Shown here: piece after piece, positions 59,788-64,000 of the stretch | Layout: each line of letters starts with the position of its first letter | How positions within the stretch are numbered: position 1 is the first letter of the stretch | From: Auanema rhodensis | Lineage: Eukaryota > Animalia > Nematoda | Reading direction: 5' to 3' | NCBI GenBank assembly: GCA_964057225.1 | Contig: OZ059895.1 | Location: 13,144,001-13,208,000 of the forward strand | Length of the DNA: 64,000 nt | Translations under genes and position numbers: made by a program | Notes under the pieces: model-generated | Told to the model about the DNA's origin: nothing | The model's input: only the letters and a program-made list of their open reading frames with translations | The model's database searches: none

Positions 59788-62700
59788 GAAAATACCTGAT
59801 ATTCAATGATTTACATACTTATCCTCGTTATTGTTTTTTTTCCAATTTCATGTTAGTTATGTAGTTTTCTACGTTACATCTAAATTCCTCGATGATATCA
59901 AATCTTATGAGCTCCAAATACAATAAATTAAAAAAGGTTTCACAGTTGTATAGTGTTAAAACAATGTTTGTTTCAATAGGAAATAGATAGAAACAGTAAA
60001 GTTAAGATGAAGGTTCATAAACTACTGGTTTATAACTGTAATATAGAAATAAGATTGAAGATATTTTGATGCCTCGGGTTGAGCTATCTAAGTAAAACTG
60101 CTGGAAAATTAAAAACATTTGTTACTGAAGAGATAAAATTGAAAATCAGCTGCATGGCGTACTTTCAACGTGGTATGATCGTTAAAAAAATTTGAAAAGC
60201 TTACGGCACCCGGGATTCCCAAGCCGTCTCCGATTCAAGTACTAACCGGGCCCAACGTTGCTTGACTTGCCAGATCGGACGGGATGGCGTACTTTCAACG
60301 TGGTATGGTCGTAAGCGAAAATACCTGATATTCAATGATTTACATATTTATCCTCGTTATTGTTTTTTTTCCAATTTCATGTTAGTTATGTAATTTTCTA
60401 CGTTACATCTAAATTCCTCGATGATATCAAATCTTATGAGCTCCAAATACAATAAATTAAAAAAGGTTTCACAGTTGTATAGTGTTAAAACAATGTTTGT
60501 TTCAATAGGAAATAGATAGAAACAGTAAAGTTAAGATGAAGGTTCATAAACTACTGGTTTATAACTGTAATATAGAAATAAGATTGAAGATATTTTGATG
60601 CCTCGGGTTGAGCTATCTAAGTAAAACTGCTAGAAAATTAAAAACATTTGTTACTGAAGAGATAAAATTGAAAATCAGCTGCATGGCGTACTTTCAACGT
60701 GGTATGATCGTTAAAAAAATTTGAAAAGCTTACGGCACCCGGGATTCCCAAGCCGTCTCCGATTCAAGTACTAACCGGGCCCAACGTTGCTTGACTTGCC
60801 AGATCGGACGGGATGGCGTACTTTCAACGTGGTATGGTCGTAAGCGAAAATACCTGATATTCAATGATTTACATACTTATCCTCGTTATTGTTTTTTTTC
60901 CAATTTCATGTTAGTTATGTAATTTTCTACGTTACATCTAAATTCCTCGATGATATCAAATCTTATGAGCTCCAAATACAATAAATTAAAAAAGGTTTCA
61001 CAGTTGTATAGTGTTAAAACAATGTTTGTTTCAATAGGAAATAGATAGAAACAGTAAAGTTAAGATGAAGGTTCATAAACTACTGGTTTATAACTGTAAT
61101 ATAGAAATAAGATTGAAGATATTTTGATGCCTCGGGTTGAGCTATCTAAGTAAAACTGCTAGAAAATTAAAAACATTTGTTACTGAAGAGATAAAATTGA
61201 AAATCAGCTGCATGGCGTACTTTCAACGTGGTATGATCGTTAAAAAAATTTGAAAAGCTTACGGCACCCGGGATTCCCAAGCCGTCTCCGATCCAAGTAC
61301 TAACCGGGCCCAACGTTGCTTGACTTGCCAGATCGGACGGGATGGCGTACTTTCAACGTGGTATGGTCGTAAGCGAAAATACCTGATATTCAATGATTTA
61401 CATACTTATCCTCGTTATTGTTTTTTTTCCAATTTCATGTTAGTTATGTAGTTTTCTACGTTACATCTAAATTCCTCGATGATATCAAATCTTATGAGCT
61501 CCAAATACAATAAATTAAAAAAGGTTTCACAGTTGTATAGTGTTAAAACAATGTTTGTTTCAATAGGAAATAGATAGAAACAGTAAAGTTAAGATGAAGG
61601 TTCATAAACTACTGGTTTATAACTGTAATATAGAAATAAGATTGAAGATATTTTGATGCCTCGGGTTGAGCTATCTAAGTAAAACTGCTGGAAAATTAAA
61701 AACATTTGTTACTGAAGAGATAAAATTGAAAATCAGCTGCATGGCGTACTTTCAACGTGGTATGATCGTTAAAAAAATTTGAAAAGCTTACGGCACCCGG
61801 GATTCCCAAGCCGTCTCCGATTCAAGTACTAACCGGGCCCAACGTTGCTTGACTTGCCAGATCGGACGGGATGGCGTACTTTCAACGTGGTATGGTCGTA
61901 AGCGAAAATACCTGATATTCAATGATTTACATATTTATCCTCGTTATTGTTTTTTTTCCAATTTCATGTTAGTTATGTAATTTTCTACGTTACATCTAAA
62001 TTCCTCGATGATATCAAATCTTATGAGCTCCAAATACAATAAATTAAAAAAGGTTTCACAGTTGTATAGTGTTAAAACAATGTTTGTTTCAATAGGAAAT
62101 AGATAGAAACAGTAAAGTTAAGATGAAGGTTCATAAACTACTGGTTTATAACTGTAATATAGAAATAAGATTGAAGATATTTTGATGCCTCGGGTTGAGC
62201 TATCTAAGTAAAACTGCTAGAAAATTAAAAACATTTGTTACTGAAGAGATAAAATTGAAAATCAGCTGCATGGCGTACTTTCAACGTGGTATGATCGTTA
62301 AAAAAATTTGAAAAGCTTACGGCACCCGGGATTCCCAAGCCGTCTCCGATTCAAGTACTAACCGGGCCCAACGTTGCTTGACTTGCCAGATCGGACGGGA
62401 TGGCGTACTTTCAACGTGGTATGGTCGTAAGCGAAAATACCTGATATTCAATGATTTACATACTTATCCTCGTTATTGTTTTTTTTCCAATTTCATGTTA
62501 GTTATGTAATTTTCTACGTTACATCTAAATTCCTCGATGATATCAAATCTTATGAGCTCCAAATACAATAAATTAAAAAAGGTTTCACAGTTGTATAGTG
62601 TTAAAACAATGTTTGTTTCAATAGGAAATAGATAGAAACAGTGAAGTTAAGATGAAGGTTCATAAACTACTGGTTTATAACTGTAATATAGAAATAAGAT

Positions 62701-63371
62701 TGAAGATATTTTGATGCCTTGGGTTGAGCTATCTAAGTAAAACTGCTGGAAAATTAAAAACATTTGTTACGGAAGAGATAAAATTGAAAATCAGCTGCAT
62801 TGCGTACTTTCAATGTGGTATGATCGTTAAAAAAATTTGAAAAGCTTACGGCACCCGGGATTCCCAAGCCGTCTCCGATCCAAGTACTAACCGGGCCCAA
62901 CGTTGCTTGACTTGCCAGATCGGACGGGATGGCGTACTTTCAACGTGGTATGGTCGTAAGCGAAAATACCTGATATTCAATGATTTACATACTTATCCTC
63001 GTTATTGTTTTTTTTCCAATTTCATGTTAGTTATGTAGTTTTCTACGTTACATCTAAATTCCTCGATGATATCAAATCTTATGAGCTCCAAATACAATAA
63101 ATTAAAAAAGGTTTCACAGTTGTATAGTGTTAAAACAATGTTTGTTTCAATAGGAAATAGATAGAAACAGTAAAGTTAAGATGAAGGTTCATAAACTACT
63201 GGTTTATAACTGTAATATAGAAATAAGATTGAAGATATTTTGATGCCTCGGGTTGAGCTATCTAAGTAAAACTGCTGGAAAATTAAAAACATTTGTTACT
63301 GAAGAGATAAAATTGAAAATCAGCTGCATGGCGTACTTTCAACGTGGTATGATCGTTAAAAAAATTTGAAA

Positions 63372-63490
63372 AGCTTACGGCACCCGGGATTCCCAAGCCG
63401 TCTCCGATTCAAGTACTAACCGGGCCCAACGTTGCTTGACTTGCCAGATCGGACGGGATGGCGTACTTTCAACGTGGTATGGTCGTAAGC
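63372..63490 (-). rRNA. 5S ribosomal RNA (last complete copy, G82A variant)
   Basis: 119-nt copy; ccgattcaag on the plus strand. Confidence 0.93.
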
Positions 63491-64000
63491 GAAAATACCT
63501 GATATTCAATGATTTACATATTTATCCTCGTTATTGTTTTTTTTCCAATTTCATGTTAGTTATGTAATTTTCTACGTTACATCTAAATTCCTCGATGATA
63601 TCAAATCTTATGAGCTCCAAATACAATAAATTAAAAAAGGTTTCACAGTTGTATAGTGTTAAAACAATGTTTGTTTCAATAGGAAATAGATAGAAACAGT
63701 AAAGTTAAGATGAAGGTTCATAAACTACTGGTTTATAACTGTAATATAGAAATAAGATTGAAGATATTTTGATGCCTCGGGTTGAGCTATCTAAGTAAAA
63801 CTGCTGGAAAATTAAAAACATTTGTTACTGAAGAGATAAAATTGAAAATCAGCTGCATGGCGTACTTTCAACGTGGTATGATCGTTAAAAAAATTTGAAA
63901 AGCTTACGGCACCCGGGATTCCCAAGCCGTCTCCGATCCAAGTACTAACCGGGCCCAACGTTGCTTGACTTGCCAGATCGGACGGGATGGCGTACTTTCA

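Larger units (their letters stand above)
16277..64000 (-). repeat. 5S rDNA tandem array, right part
   Basis: Full 119-nt genes at lowest coordinate 16464, 17391, 17920, 18847, 19376, 20303, 21230, 21759, 22686, 23614, 24143, 24672, 25600, 26129, 27057, 27985, 28514, 29442, 30370, 31298, 32226, 32755, 33682, 34610, 35538, 36466, 37394, 38322, 38851, 39779, 40308, 41236, 42164, 42693, 43621, 44549, 45477, 46405, 47734, 48263, 49191, 50119, 51047, 51975, 53304, 54231, 54760, 56087, 57813, 59140, 59669, 60198, 60727, 61256, 61785, 62314, 62843, 63372, plus a partial copy at 63901; about 42 truncated units interspersed. Confidence 0.97.

Overview
Eukaryotic DNA, most likely from a nematode judging by the 5S sequence. 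The window is a tandem 5S rDNA array on the minus strand. By eye I count 64 full 119-nt genes in ~529-bp units and about 45 shorter ~399-bp units that keep only 5S nt 1-33. One apparently intact 11,675-bp Ty3/Gypsy-type LTR retroelement (4602-16276, + strand) interrupts the array. It has 385-bp LTRs that differ at 2 positions, a 4-bp AGGT target-site duplication and a tRNA-Gln primer-binding site. Its unusual feature is a single 2951-aa ORF in the order Gag - internal signal peptide - class III (rhabdovirus-G/herpes-gB-like) envelope glycoprotein with furin site, mucin tract and TM anchor - protease - RT - RNase H - integrase. Env is therefore embedded in frame between gag and pol, while the usual env position 3' of pol holds an unrelated ~210-230-aa non-membrane ORF. 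The element also has non-canonical TG...CG termini, no evident polypurine tract, a Gag with no zinc knuckle and a highly structured leader. All alignments and counts were done by eye; no searches were run.
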